From Amoebidium appalachense (taxonomy: Eukaryota; Protista; Ichthyosporea), in NCBI GenBank assembly GCA_963693365.1, contig CAVNZM010000009.1, forward strand, positions 4,599,146 through 4,663,145: DNA of 64,000 nt, written 5' to 3'. Of this stretch, positions 1 through 8,138 are shown piece after piece. The position numbers and the translations under genes were made by a program. Position 1 is the stretch's first letter, and every line of letters begins with the position of its first letter. The notes under the pieces are model-generated. The model was not told the origin of the DNA. It ran no database searches and was given only the letters and a program-made list of their open reading frames with translations.

Positions 1-48
1 CAACGTTGCCCGGCGCTGTGTGTGATATCTTTTCTTGTCCACAAATAA

Positions 49-741
49 ATGCGCAGGAACACTAAACTGACGGAAGCATCACGCGTGCTGCCTGTTCCCG
101 TGTCCACCAGTAACCTGGAGTTGGAGGTGAAGGCGCTCGAGTCGCTCATCGGTCGTGCTGGGCGTCTGGGGATGCCAGGTGACAGCGCCAAGCGCAAGGC
201 ACCAGCCAAGCATGCGACCGTCGGCCACCCCCCAAAGAAACCCAAGCTTGCGACCGCCATGCGTCCTCTGAAACCAATGGGGACCATGCGGGTGAGCGTT
301 GCCCCCAAGGCCGCCTCCAGGAGGCCGGTTTCTAAACCCGTTCAAGCCCCAACCAAGGCAATGGCAACCAGGAAGCCCACTGCCGCCCCCAAGTCCAGAC
401 CTGCCGCAACCATGCGTGTTCGCTCGAGCTCGCGGAAAGGGGGAAGCTGCGGGCCTGGCACCGTAAGCGTAGGCGGTGAATGCGTGTTGGCCACCCCAAA
501 GAACGTCTTGGGCTACTGTGGCGTTAAGCCGGGTCGGGCACCTCCCCCCCCCGACTACAGCCGCGAGTCTGTTGCCCACGGCACTGAAATCATCGAGTTG
601 CTGGGAACAAGCGTCGCTTCTCAAGGGTCTGGGCAGGCCACAAACCTGGGTTTGAGCGCCGCAACGGGCTCGTTCGCTGAAAGCATCCCAGGGAGTACCT
701 TCCCCATACTGTTCATCATCCAGGCCGACAGCGTGAACTAG
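49..741 (+). CDS. Basic Lys/Arg/Pro/Ala-rich viral protein with a CGPGTxxVxGxC motif
   Basis: 230-aa ORF with TAAATG start context, a basic low-complexity middle and SCGPGTVSVGGECV; the motif is shared with 4477..4863. Confidence 0.7.
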   Translation: MRRNTKLTEASRVLPVPVSTSNLELEVKALESLIGRAGRLGMPGDSAKRKAPAKHATVGHPPKKPKLATAMRPLKPMGTMRVSVAPKAASRRPVSKPVQAPTKAMATRKPTAAPKSRPAATMRVRSSSRKGGSCGPGTVSVGGECVLATPKNVLGYCGVKPGRAPPPPDYSRESVAHGTEIIELLGTSVASQGSGQATNLGLSAATGSFAESIPGSTFPILFIIQADSVN

Positions 742-750
742 GGCTCCCGC

Positions 751-761
751 AGGTATATAAG
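751..761 (+). promoter_or_regulatory. TATA box upstream of VLTF3
   Basis: AGGTATATAAG about 35 nt before ATG 795; AGGTATATAA also occurs at 15706 and 49861. Confidence 0.5.
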
Positions 762-794
762 GCGCGTCCGCGGCACACTTTCTTGCCAACTAGC

Positions 795-1781
795 ATGTCA
801 GCGGACGAGCGCAAGCGCCCGATGCGCGCGCCCTACCGGTCCAAGAAGGGCTGCGAGGCAGACAAGCAGTATGTGCAGCACGTGGCCCAGAACGACATGG
901 AGTCGCGTGTGGACGTGCGCATGGCCGAGTTTGCCAAGCGCCGCAGGATCGGCGACGCCGCTGTTGTCCAGGAGGAGGTTGAGTTCCTTCTCGACACCCT
1001 GCCCTACATGCTTAAGCACTACGAGTGCAGCGACAGGGATTCGAGGAGGGAGGTGTATCGCGACTACCTGACCCATGTGGAGGACGTGCAGGACCGTGCT
1101 CCCCGCCGCGAGCCCGATCCCTGCCCCGCGTGCGGCGTCGGCCTGCTGGACAAGATGAGGGAGATGTACGTGTGCGACGAGTGCGGTGAGGCCGTGCCCG
1201 GGTTCTGTGAGTTCAACAAGTCGGTGTTCAAGATGCCCCCACCCCGCAGCCAGCGCCAACAGGTATACAAGCCGCTCAACCATTTCAACGAGACGCTCGT
1301 GCACTTCCAGGGCAAGGAGACCACAGACATACCGGTTGACGTCATCGAGTTTGTCAGGGACGCGGCCACGCTGCACTACCCCATGGAACGCATCACGCAC
1401 GCACATGTCAAGAAGCTCCTGAGAAGCCGCAAGCTCAACCGCTACTACCGCAACATCCCCAGCATCATGCAGAGCGCATTTGGCATTCAGTGCCCGCAGT
1501 TCAACCCCGAGCAGCTGGACCGCCTGCGCGACATGTTCATGCAGACGCAGGGCGTGTTCAAGGACGCGTGCGATGACAGGATCAACTTCCTCTCGGTCAA
1601 CTACCTGCTGTTCAAGTTCTGCGAGCTGCTCCAGTGGGGCGCCTATCTACCCCACATACCCCTGCTAAAGTCTGCAGACAAACTCTGTGACCACGACCGC
1701 ACATGGCAGGCCATCTGTGCAAAGCTGGGCTGGTCGTTTATTAAAACACGGACAACCCCGCGTTGTCTCATGACCGTGTAG
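795..1781 (+). CDS. VLTF3: Poxvirus late transcription factor 3-like protein (VLTF3, NCLDV core gene)
   Basis: Zn ribbon CPACG...CDECG, YKPLNHFNETLVHFQGKE, LLRSRKLNRYYRNIPSI, RINFLSVNYLLFKFCELL, PLLKSADKLCDHDRTWQAICAKLGWSF. First ATG is at 795. Confidence 0.95.
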   Translation: MSADERKRPMRAPYRSKKGCEADKQYVQHVAQNDMESRVDVRMAEFAKRRRIGDAAVVQEEVEFLLDTLPYMLKHYECSDRDSRREVYRDYLTHVEDVQDRAPRREPDPCPACGVGLLDKMREMYVCDECGEAVPGFCEFNKSVFKMPPPRSQRQQVYKPLNHFNETLVHFQGKETTDIPVDVIEFVRDAATLHYPMERITHAHVKKLLRSRKLNRYYRNIPSIMQSAFGIQCPQFNPEQLDRLRDMFMQTQGVFKDACDDRINFLSVNYLLFKFCELLQWGAYLPHIPLLKSADKLCDHDRTWQAICAKLGWSFIKTRTTPRCLMTV

Positions 1782-2067
1782 ATGCTTGTGTCTTGTCGTG
1801 TCTACCACTTGCTGCGCCACGCCTCGCACAGTCGTCGGCGAATGTGACGCCGCATGTTGCCGAGCTTTGCAGCCGCGATGGTTCTCGCAAACCCCCGGGG
1901 CATACATCCGGGACTAGTCTCTTGGATCTGGTTGGTCAGAAGCGCAAGCGCCTTGTTTTCTCCCGGTACTGACGCGCCGCGCCGCCGGTGGTGTCGTCTG
2001 CGTGTTGTTGCCATCTGTATGACGGGCTGATCATTTTTTCTCAACATCCCCTGCGCCCTTTTTTTGT

Positions 2068-2625
2068 ATGGCATTGCTAATGGAAGCTGCCTCGTTTAAT
2101 GCATGCCTCGATGAGCTTTGCGCCAAGCTCCAGACCGCGTTCCCCGACCTTCCGGAGATCGCCCAGGCAAGGTCCATCGCGGCCTCCACAGCTGAAGTCA
2201 GCCCGGACATGCCCCCTCAGGTCTTTGCGGCTCAGATAGCGCCGTTCATGCCGCAGGTCGCCGCCAAGGACTGGTCGTTTCTTGAGGGCGACCACTCTCC
2301 ACTCCAACAGATGGGGCTGCACGCGGCATGGACTCGCATGCACCCCATTACCAAGGCTGCCGTAGTCGAGTATGTCGAGCGCCTGGTCGTGTACAGTGGT
2401 GCGACAGCTGCACCAGTCCCGTCCACGCAGGTCCTGGACCATGCCGGCCAGCTCCCGCCACTCGACCCGGCCACCATGTCGAACATCTTCAACATCGCGA
2501 AGGCCGCCACCTCAAACATGACCGACGATGACGCCCGCGCCCTGCTTGAGAACCGGGACCCGGCCAAACTCGGTCAGCTGTGTTTCAGCATCCTCGACAG
2601 CCTCACCGCAAACGTGCCGACGTGA
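2068..2625 (+). CDS. Conserved NCLDV hypothetical protein
   Basis: Pattern FNxxLxExxxxLxxxFP ... FxxxIxPF ... KDWSFL ... W..M...TKxAVVEYVERL resembles an uncharacterised family recalled from phycodna-/mimiviruses (not searched). Confidence 0.75.
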   Translation: MALLMEAASFNACLDELCAKLQTAFPDLPEIAQARSIAASTAEVSPDMPPQVFAAQIAPFMPQVAAKDWSFLEGDHSPLQQMGLHAAWTRMHPITKAAVVEYVERLVVYSGATAAPVPSTQVLDHAGQLPPLDPATMSNIFNIAKAATSNMTDDDARALLENRDPAKLGQLCFSILDSLTANVPT

Positions 2626-2853
2626 AGCAGCTTGACGTGTTGTGGGCCAGTGTGTAGAAATGCTTGAGGGTGAGTCGGTCAAACAGGCCGGTGGTGGCCG
2701 ATCGGTACTTGATTTCCTGGAAGATGTGCACCAACAGCTCAAACTCTTGATCAAGGGGGGCGGCAGGGGCTCCCTCTCGTCCTCCGACTCCGTTTCACTT
2801 GGCACAGGGGTGCCGAGGTAGGCCAGAAGTTCGAATTCGTCGTAGGCCACCAT
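2512..2853 (-). CDS. Possible small viral protein (MVAYDEFELLAYLG...)
   Basis: ATG at 2853 lies ~35 nt downstream of a minus-strand TATAAATA, but the ORF overlaps the 3' end of 2068..2625. Confidence 0.3.
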   Translation of the reverse strand: MVAYDEFELLAYLGTPVPSETESEDEREPLPPPLIKSLSCWCTSSRKSSTDRPPPACLTDSPSSISTHWPTTRQAASRRHVCGEAVEDAETQLTEFGRVPVLKQGAGVIVGHV

Positions 2854-2923
2854 TGTCGAGACTGGCCGGGTGTGGTGGCGTCGAGGGTATTTATACCCGC
2901 GACCCCCCCCCCGGCTCCCGCAA

Positions 2924-3226
2924 ATGGAGGCAAGGCATGTCGACCACATCATCCCCTGCGGCATGTTTGTGCTCCCCATGCGCAAGTGGACGCTCCTAAG
3001 GGCCTCCTGTGCACGGCTGGGCATCGAGGCCGCCGTGGGGCCGGGGTACGTGCACAGCTGGGTGCCGGGACTGCTGGGCATCCTTGAGCGCGCACGGGGA
3101 GGGGGTAGGCCGCGGCTGCTGCTGCTGCACGCCACGCCCGAGTACGCGTCCTGGGTGGCGGGTTTGTGCGCCCCGCTGGGAGTGGTGGTCGCAACAGATG
3201 GGCCGCGTGTGTATGTCACCGGTTGA
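2924..3226 (+). CDS. Small viral hypothetical protein (MEARHVDHIIPCG...)
   Basis: 100-aa ORF from ATG 2924 that fills the gap before 3245 and has GC3-rich codons. Confidence 0.5.
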   Translation: MEARHVDHIIPCGMFVLPMRKWTLLRASCARLGIEAAVGPGYVHSWVPGLLGILERARGGGRPRLLLLHATPEYASWVAGLCAPLGVVVATDGPRVYVTG

Positions 3227-3244
3227 TTTATTGTTGGGTTTAAC

Positions 3245-3949
3245 ATGGAGCAGTTTGTGGCCAGTCTTAGGGCCAACGCCGCCAACAAGAAGCTGCCCAT
3301 CGAGTTGTCGCCCACCACCCTGGCGGAATTGTTCAAGCGGCCGTGCCAGGTGTGCAACCGCGCCGAGGCCGAGCGGACCCACCGTAACGTGGCACTGTGC
3401 CTCTACAAGCGCGGCTACGTCCACGGGAACGTGCGTCCCGTGTGCACCGTCTGCCACCGGATCCGCCACGGCCTGCGCACCACGCAGCTCGCCGCCCTCG
3501 CCGCACACACGCTGTTGCACTGCCCGCTGGTCAAACGCGCGCTGGGGCGCTCGGCTGCTGGCGTCAAGCGGCTCGCAAAGGCCCTTGCCACTCGCAGGGC
3601 GTACAGGCAGCCCCCGTCATCGCGCGCATACAGCACAAACTACAACACGTACAGGTGCAGCGCCCGAAAGCGCTGCGACACAGAAAATGGCCGGCGCTGC
3701 CCTTCGTCCGTGTTCACGCTCACGCGAAAGCAGTTTGACGCCATTCGCAGGGAGCCCTGCTTCTACTGCGGCCTGGACCAGTCCAACGGCGTCGACCGGC
3801 TGTATCCGGCCGTGGGGTACACCGAGAGCAACAGCGTGCCCTGCTGCAAGACCTGCAACTACACAAAGAACGATTTGCATCCCGGCGCATACATCCAGCA
3901 CCTGGCCACTATCGTTCGGCACTGGGCTGCGAACCAGGGCGTGGCTTGA
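3245..3949 (+). CDS. Tandem His-Me finger (HNH-like) endonuclease of giant-virus type
   Basis: C-terminal unit PCFYCG..NGVDR...GY..SN.VPCCKTCNYTK; degenerate N-terminal unit PCQVCN..NVAL...GYVHGNVRPVCTVCH. Confidence 0.85.
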   Translation: MEQFVASLRANAANKKLPIELSPTTLAELFKRPCQVCNRAEAERTHRNVALCLYKRGYVHGNVRPVCTVCHRIRHGLRTTQLAALAAHTLLHCPLVKRALGRSAAGVKRLAKALATRRAYRQPPSSRAYSTNYNTYRCSARKRCDTENGRRCPSSVFTLTRKQFDAIRREPCFYCGLDQSNGVDRLYPAVGYTESNSVPCCKTCNYTKNDLHPGAYIQHLATIVRHWAANQGVA

Positions 3950-4304
3950 CCATCCAGGCCTCGTAGGGTTTCAGGGCCTCGCTGGGCCGCACCGCCGGCT
4001 TCTTCTTGCGCTGGTTCACGGCGTTGTGAACCCTCACGCCCCATTTGGACAGCGCATTCCTGTTCCGCAGGATACGCCGGCCAAGCTTGCATCTGGAGTG
4101 CCGTATGAGTTTGGCAAAGTGTCCACGGCACGCCCGGCATGGAAGAACGTTCACCAACGAGTTGAAGAAGCCTTCGTACTGCTCCTTGACGCGCGGTGTG
4201 GGGTTGTCCGGGTAGCCCAGGGTCACAGCATGGATGACTTTCCAGAAGTGCGGGCCCCAGCATCGCGATTTGAGGTTGGGTCGAGACATTACTTGTATGG
4301 ACAT
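3909..4304 (-). CDS. Erv1/Alr-family FAD-linked sulfhydryl oxidase (NCLDV core gene)
   Basis: WGPHFWKVIH, YPDNPT, LPCRACRGHF (CxxC), W...VHNAVN; the start could be 4289. Confidence 0.95.
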   Translation of the reverse strand: MSIQVMSRPNLKSRCWGPHFWKVIHAVTLGYPDNPTPRVKEQYEGFFNSLVNVLPCRACRGHFAKLIRHSRCKLGRRILRNRNALSKWGVRVHNAVNQRKKKPAVRPSEALKPYEAWMVKPRPGSQPSAER

Positions 4305-4476
4305 AACGTTTGCATGCGGGCTACTGCTACAATGATATTTCTTGTAACCGCATGACCGCCACTAGCCTAGCTCCTTTCATGACCCGTGGTCATGTTGGCA
4401 AGTTTAGGAAAAGGTGGTAGGTTCACCTGTATCTGGCTGGCAAGTCGGACGTGAAATACAGGACGGCGCGTATGCT

Positions 4477-4863
4477 TTATTGCAGGAACATGGTGGTCCG
4501 GGTACGCTGAGCCGTGCCGTCAAGGATGGTTGCCAGCTTGTCCACTCCCCAGGCGGTCGCATTACTGGTTGCTGCAAGATGGGTGGCGAGCGCCTGGTAA
4601 TTAGTTGTGGTGGTGAATAGCTTGTCCATCAGGTTGCTGCTTGCTGTGCTGACCTCACCCGAATAGTTCTTGGGCAAATGCGATCGTGCCCCGCCATCCT
4701 TGCCGTCAAGCTGGTCGAGCCGCGCCGGCATGCACACGCCCTTGACACGGGAGGTCGCCGGCCCGCAGCGCCGTGTCTTTGTGGGGGGCTTACGCTTGGA
4801 TGCCTTTGGGGTGGGCGGTTCAGCGGACCCCTTCGAGTAGTTTCGCACGTTCATTTTTGCCAT
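4477..4863 (-). CDS. Small basic viral protein with a CGPxTxxVxGxC motif
   Basis: 128-aa ATG-initiated ORF with a Lys/Pro-rich N-terminus followed by RCGPATSRVKGVCM. Confidence 0.7.
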   Translation of the reverse strand: MAKMNVRNYSKGSAEPPTPKASKRKPPTKTRRCGPATSRVKGVCMPARLDQLDGKDGGARSHLPKNYSGEVSTASSNLMDKLFTTTTNYQALATHLAATSNATAWGVDKLATILDGTAQRTRTTMFLQ

Positions 4864-4891
4864 TGGGTATGGCCCCGAATAAATGGAGCGA

Positions 4892-5698
4892 TCAGCGCCC
4901 CAGGCAGATATTTGCCGACTGCATGCACGGTTTGGCCTCCCGGCGGGCCTTGTCCAGGTTGCGATAGTACAATGCGGCCAATGTGTCGCCCTGCATGGTG
5001 AGGTTCGACGTGGTCACAGCCAGCGTGCTGGTGCCGATGACCACGTTGCGCCAGCGGCTGTAGAGGTCTTCATACAGTTGAAGACGGCCCAACATCTTGA
5101 CTTCAGCGCACACTGGGCCGGGGCATGTGGTTACCTTGAAGAGATCGCCGTTGATGAAGCATGGGATTAGGGTTGTGGCAGAAGCGGTAGCCGTCTTAAG
5201 CTTCGAGATGTTCGATAGGTGCTTGTTGATAGTGGTCACGCAGTTGAAGGCTACCGAGTATGTGCGCATGAACTCCTCGACCCTGGTGATGTACATGCGC
5301 GGCTGCCCGCAGTCGTCCACGGTCATGAGGTTGAAGTCTGGGCTGGAGTCGTTTGTCACCACCCGTCTCAGCCTCTGGTAGATGTCTTCGGCAACCCTGA
5401 TGGCGTCAGTCACTCTTGTGGTTGGCTCGGTTGTGTTAGGAAGGACCTGCACGGCAAGAATCGGAATGCCGAGCGCACTGAGTTGCGGCGCCTGGTTGTT
5501 CTGTATTCCCAGGAGAAAATGGTCGATGTTGAGACGCACGTACACCCCAAGCGCCTGGGCCGTGTCTACGTCTATGTTGAAGCGCCGGGCATAAGTTTTG
5601 GCGTTGACGATCTGCAGGTGCCGCAGCGGTAGCTTGTCGACAACGTCCTTTACCTTGGCGTTAAAGTCGGCGGAGTCAGCTTGTCCTATAAGCACCAT
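4892..5698 (-). CDS. Viral hypothetical protein, paralog A of a tandem pair
   Basis: 268 aa with TAAATG start; aligns by eye with 5728..6543 (LSALGI, RVAEDIYQR, DFN, LYEDLYSRWRN). Confidence 0.85.
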   Translation of the reverse strand: MVLIGQADSADFNAKVKDVVDKLPLRHLQIVNAKTYARRFNIDVDTAQALGVYVRLNIDHFLLGIQNNQAPQLSALGIPILAVQVLPNTTEPTTRVTDAIRVAEDIYQRLRRVVTNDSSPDFNLMTVDDCGQPRMYITRVEEFMRTYSVAFNCVTTINKHLSNISKLKTATASATTLIPCFINGDLFKVTTCPGPVCAEVKMLGRLQLYEDLYSRWRNVVIGTSTLAVTTSNLTMQGDTLAALYYRNLDKARREAKPCMQSANICLGR

Positions 5699-5727
5699 TT
5701 ACATGTCTCATCCATAAAATGGCCACG

Positions 5728-6543
5728 TCAGTCCACTGCCGCGAAAAACATGGCGCTTTTGCCGGGGGCCGGTTTTCCCCGGATGTCCACCGCCGTCCCC
5801 GACACAAACTTTTCGACGTGCTGCCCGGTGAGCCGCCGGTGGTGCACGGCCAGCAGGGTATTCTTGTCCACCTCGTGGGTCGGCATGGCCACCATGTTGT
5901 CCGGCTTGTAGACGGTGTTGCGCCAGCGCTGGAACAGGTCCTCGTGCAGCTCCATGCGCCGGCTCTGCGCCTCCTCCCGCTTCACGCAGCGGGTGCGCGG
6001 GCGCATGCGCTGGATGGGCTTGGGGACATCCAGTACCTTCATCGGGTCGCTTGCCAGCTGTCGCTTGGTTGTCACAAGCCACCTGTTGATTGTGGCCACG
6101 TCCGCCAGCGGCAGCTCGTAGAAGCGCGAGTACCTGCTGATGTCCGTCACCACCGTGGCGGGCGTGCCGCATGCGTCCACGACCGTACGGTTGAAGTCCG
6201 CCGCCGTGGACGACATGCATGCCAGCCTCGTGCGCTGGTACACGTCCTCGGCCACGCGCAGCGCCTTGCTGAACGGGAACTTCTTGACTTCGGCCGTCTC
6301 GAGCAGTCCCCAGATGTAGTGCGCCATGTCGACGATCCCGAGGGCAGACAGCGGCAGCGGCGCCTCGTGGGCCAGCTGTTCCGTGAACTCGTCGATCGCG
6401 TGCGCAAGCAGCAGCGCGCAGTCCTGCACCACGGGCTCAGGGATGTCGAAATCCCTCGCGTAGCGGTCCGTGGCGAGTATCTGCAGCCGACGGGCCGGGC
6501 CGCCGAAGTCGTTGTACAGGGCCTCGAACGTTGCGTAGGGCAT
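5728..6543 (-). CDS. Viral hypothetical protein, paralog B of a tandem pair
   Basis: ATG 6543 (MPYATF) avoids overlap with MCP and gives a length matching paralog A; motifs LSALGI, RVAEDVYQR, DFN, LHEDLFQRWRN. Confidence 0.85.
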   Translation of the reverse strand: MPYATFEALYNDFGGPARRLQILATDRYARDFDIPEPVVQDCALLLAHAIDEFTEQLAHEAPLPLSALGIVDMAHYIWGLLETAEVKKFPFSKALRVAEDVYQRTRLACMSSTAADFNRTVVDACGTPATVVTDISRYSRFYELPLADVATINRWLVTTKRQLASDPMKVLDVPKPIQRMRPRTRCVKREEAQSRRMELHEDLFQRWRNTVYKPDNMVAMPTHEVDKNTLLAVHHRRLTGQHVEKFVSGTAVDIRGKPAPGKSAMFFAAVD

Positions 6544-6631
6544 CCTGCTGTTGGCCGCAAAAAGTCTGTTTGATGGTACGATATGCATCCAGACCCACGA
6601 GAGCGCAATATTATGTGCGCGTCTATTAAAC

Positions 6632-7930
6632 ATGTCTAGCTCGGCGATTGTGCAGCTGGTGTCCAAGGGCGTTCAGGATTCCGTTCTGACCTTCAAACCC
6701 ACCAAGACCCTGTTCCGCAGCAAGTATGCGCAGATCAGCAACTTCTCCATTGAGTTCTTTAGGGTCAACTTCCAGACCGCCCTGGACTACGGCGCCACCG
6801 GCTGCAACTGCGAGATTAGTCGTTCCGGAGACCTCATCAAGGACCTTTGGATCCACTTCAAGGTAGGCGCTCTTAAGCGTGGGCCACCCAACGCCGTCTC
6901 CAACGGCTCGATTGGCCCCCTTCCCTACGACGCCCACTTTGTCAACATGCTGCCCTTTGCCCTCTTCAACCGCATCGAGCTGAACGTGGGGACATACCGC
7001 ATCGACCAGCACGTGGGCCGCCTTCTCGCCCTGCTCGAGGACATCGAGACACCCCCTGGCAAGGGGCTGGGCATCGCCATTGGCAAGGCCGATCATGTGA
7101 GCCAGCTGCGCGAGTGGGCCAACCACGAGATGGAGTACTTCTTTCCCCTGCAGTTCTGGTTCAACAGGAGGTATGGTGCTGCCCTGCCCATTGTCGCCCT
7201 GCAGTTCCACACCGTGCGCATCGACATCGACACCAAGCCCCTGCGTGACCTCATCAACGACGTCGGCGACCAGAAGCCCTCCAGCTCCACCAACGACGCT
7301 CATGGTGGCAAGATTTCCGACAGCAGCATCATCGTCGAGTACATCTTCGTGGACGAGCAGGAACGTGCCATGTGGGCCCAGGCCCAGCGCCACGACTACC
7401 TCGTGGACCTGTGGCAGGAGAAGATGTTCAGCTCCAACGTCAACAGCAGGCCCAACGAGAAGGCTACCCTCACGCAGCAGCTCAACTTCGGCTTCCCCGT
7501 CAAGGAGCTGCTCATCGTGTGCCAGCCCCGCACACGCAACAACGAGCCCGGCAAGAACGACTTCTTCAACTTTGCCTCGCCTGGCAAGAGCCCTAACAAC
7601 CCGCTGTACCTACCCATCCAGAAGATCGACGTCAAGTACAACAACACCGGCATGCAGTACAACTACAGCGGGCTGTTCTCGCACAAGGTGCTGGTCCAGA
7701 AGTACCACACCCGTGCCCCTACGCTCAAGATGTTCATGATCCCCTATGCCCTCCAGCCCGAAGACTCCATCCAGCCCACAGGCAGCACGAACTTCTCCCG
7801 CATCGACACGATTGACCTGAACCTGGAGCTTCACGAGTCCCTCAGCGGCACCGTGGACTTCTGGGTATATGCCAGAGGCCACAACCTAGTGAGCATCAGT
7901 GGCGGAATGCTCTCGTTACGCTTCAGCTGA
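6632..7930 (+). CDS. MCP: NCLDV double jelly-roll major capsid protein
   Basis: N-terminus QLVSKGVQDSVLT...NFSIE...ISRSGDLI; FPLQFWFNR..GAALPIVALQFH; C-terminus YALQPEDSIQPTGSTNFSRID...VYARGHNLVSISGGM. 432 aa from ATG 6632, uninterrupted. Confidence 0.97.
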   Translation: MSSSAIVQLVSKGVQDSVLTFKPTKTLFRSKYAQISNFSIEFFRVNFQTALDYGATGCNCEISRSGDLIKDLWIHFKVGALKRGPPNAVSNGSIGPLPYDAHFVNMLPFALFNRIELNVGTYRIDQHVGRLLALLEDIETPPGKGLGIAIGKADHVSQLREWANHEMEYFFPLQFWFNRRYGAALPIVALQFHTVRIDIDTKPLRDLINDVGDQKPSSSTNDAHGGKISDSSIIVEYIFVDEQERAMWAQAQRHDYLVDLWQEKMFSSNVNSRPNEKATLTQQLNFGFPVKELLIVCQPRTRNNEPGKNDFFNFASPGKSPNNPLYLPIQKIDVKYNNTGMQYNYSGLFSHKVLVQKYHTRAPTLKMFMIPYALQPEDSIQPTGSTNFSRIDTIDLNLELHESLSGTVDFWVYARGHNLVSISGGMLSLRFS

Positions 7931-8084
7931 GCACCCATAGTAGTCGATACTCCTTCGTATGCCATCAATGTTAAATACCCCATCAATGTTAAATACAAAC
8001 AATTTTATTTGCATTTTTTGTGCTGGTCTTTGCTGAGCACCCATAGTAGTCGATACTCGTTCGTATGTTTTGTGCTGGTCTTTG
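7926..8084 (+). repeat. Nested local direct repeats at the MCP 3' end
   Basis: 36-bp GCTGAGCACCCATAGTAGTCGATACTC(C/G)TTCGTATG at 7926 and 8032; CATCAATGTTAAATAC twice; TTTTGTGCTGGTCTTTG twice. Confidence 0.9.
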
Positions 8085-8138
8085 TTCGTCCGAATTCATA
8101 TTTGTGTGGCACGGCCACCATATTGCAGTAACAGATTT

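Noticed and set aside
3009-4355. 448-aa ORF and other long overlapping ORFs (79..789, 5719..6573, 6626..7393, 8622..9899, 13197..14090)
   Set aside because: Shadow frames of GC-rich or repetitive real genes; no recognisable motifs.
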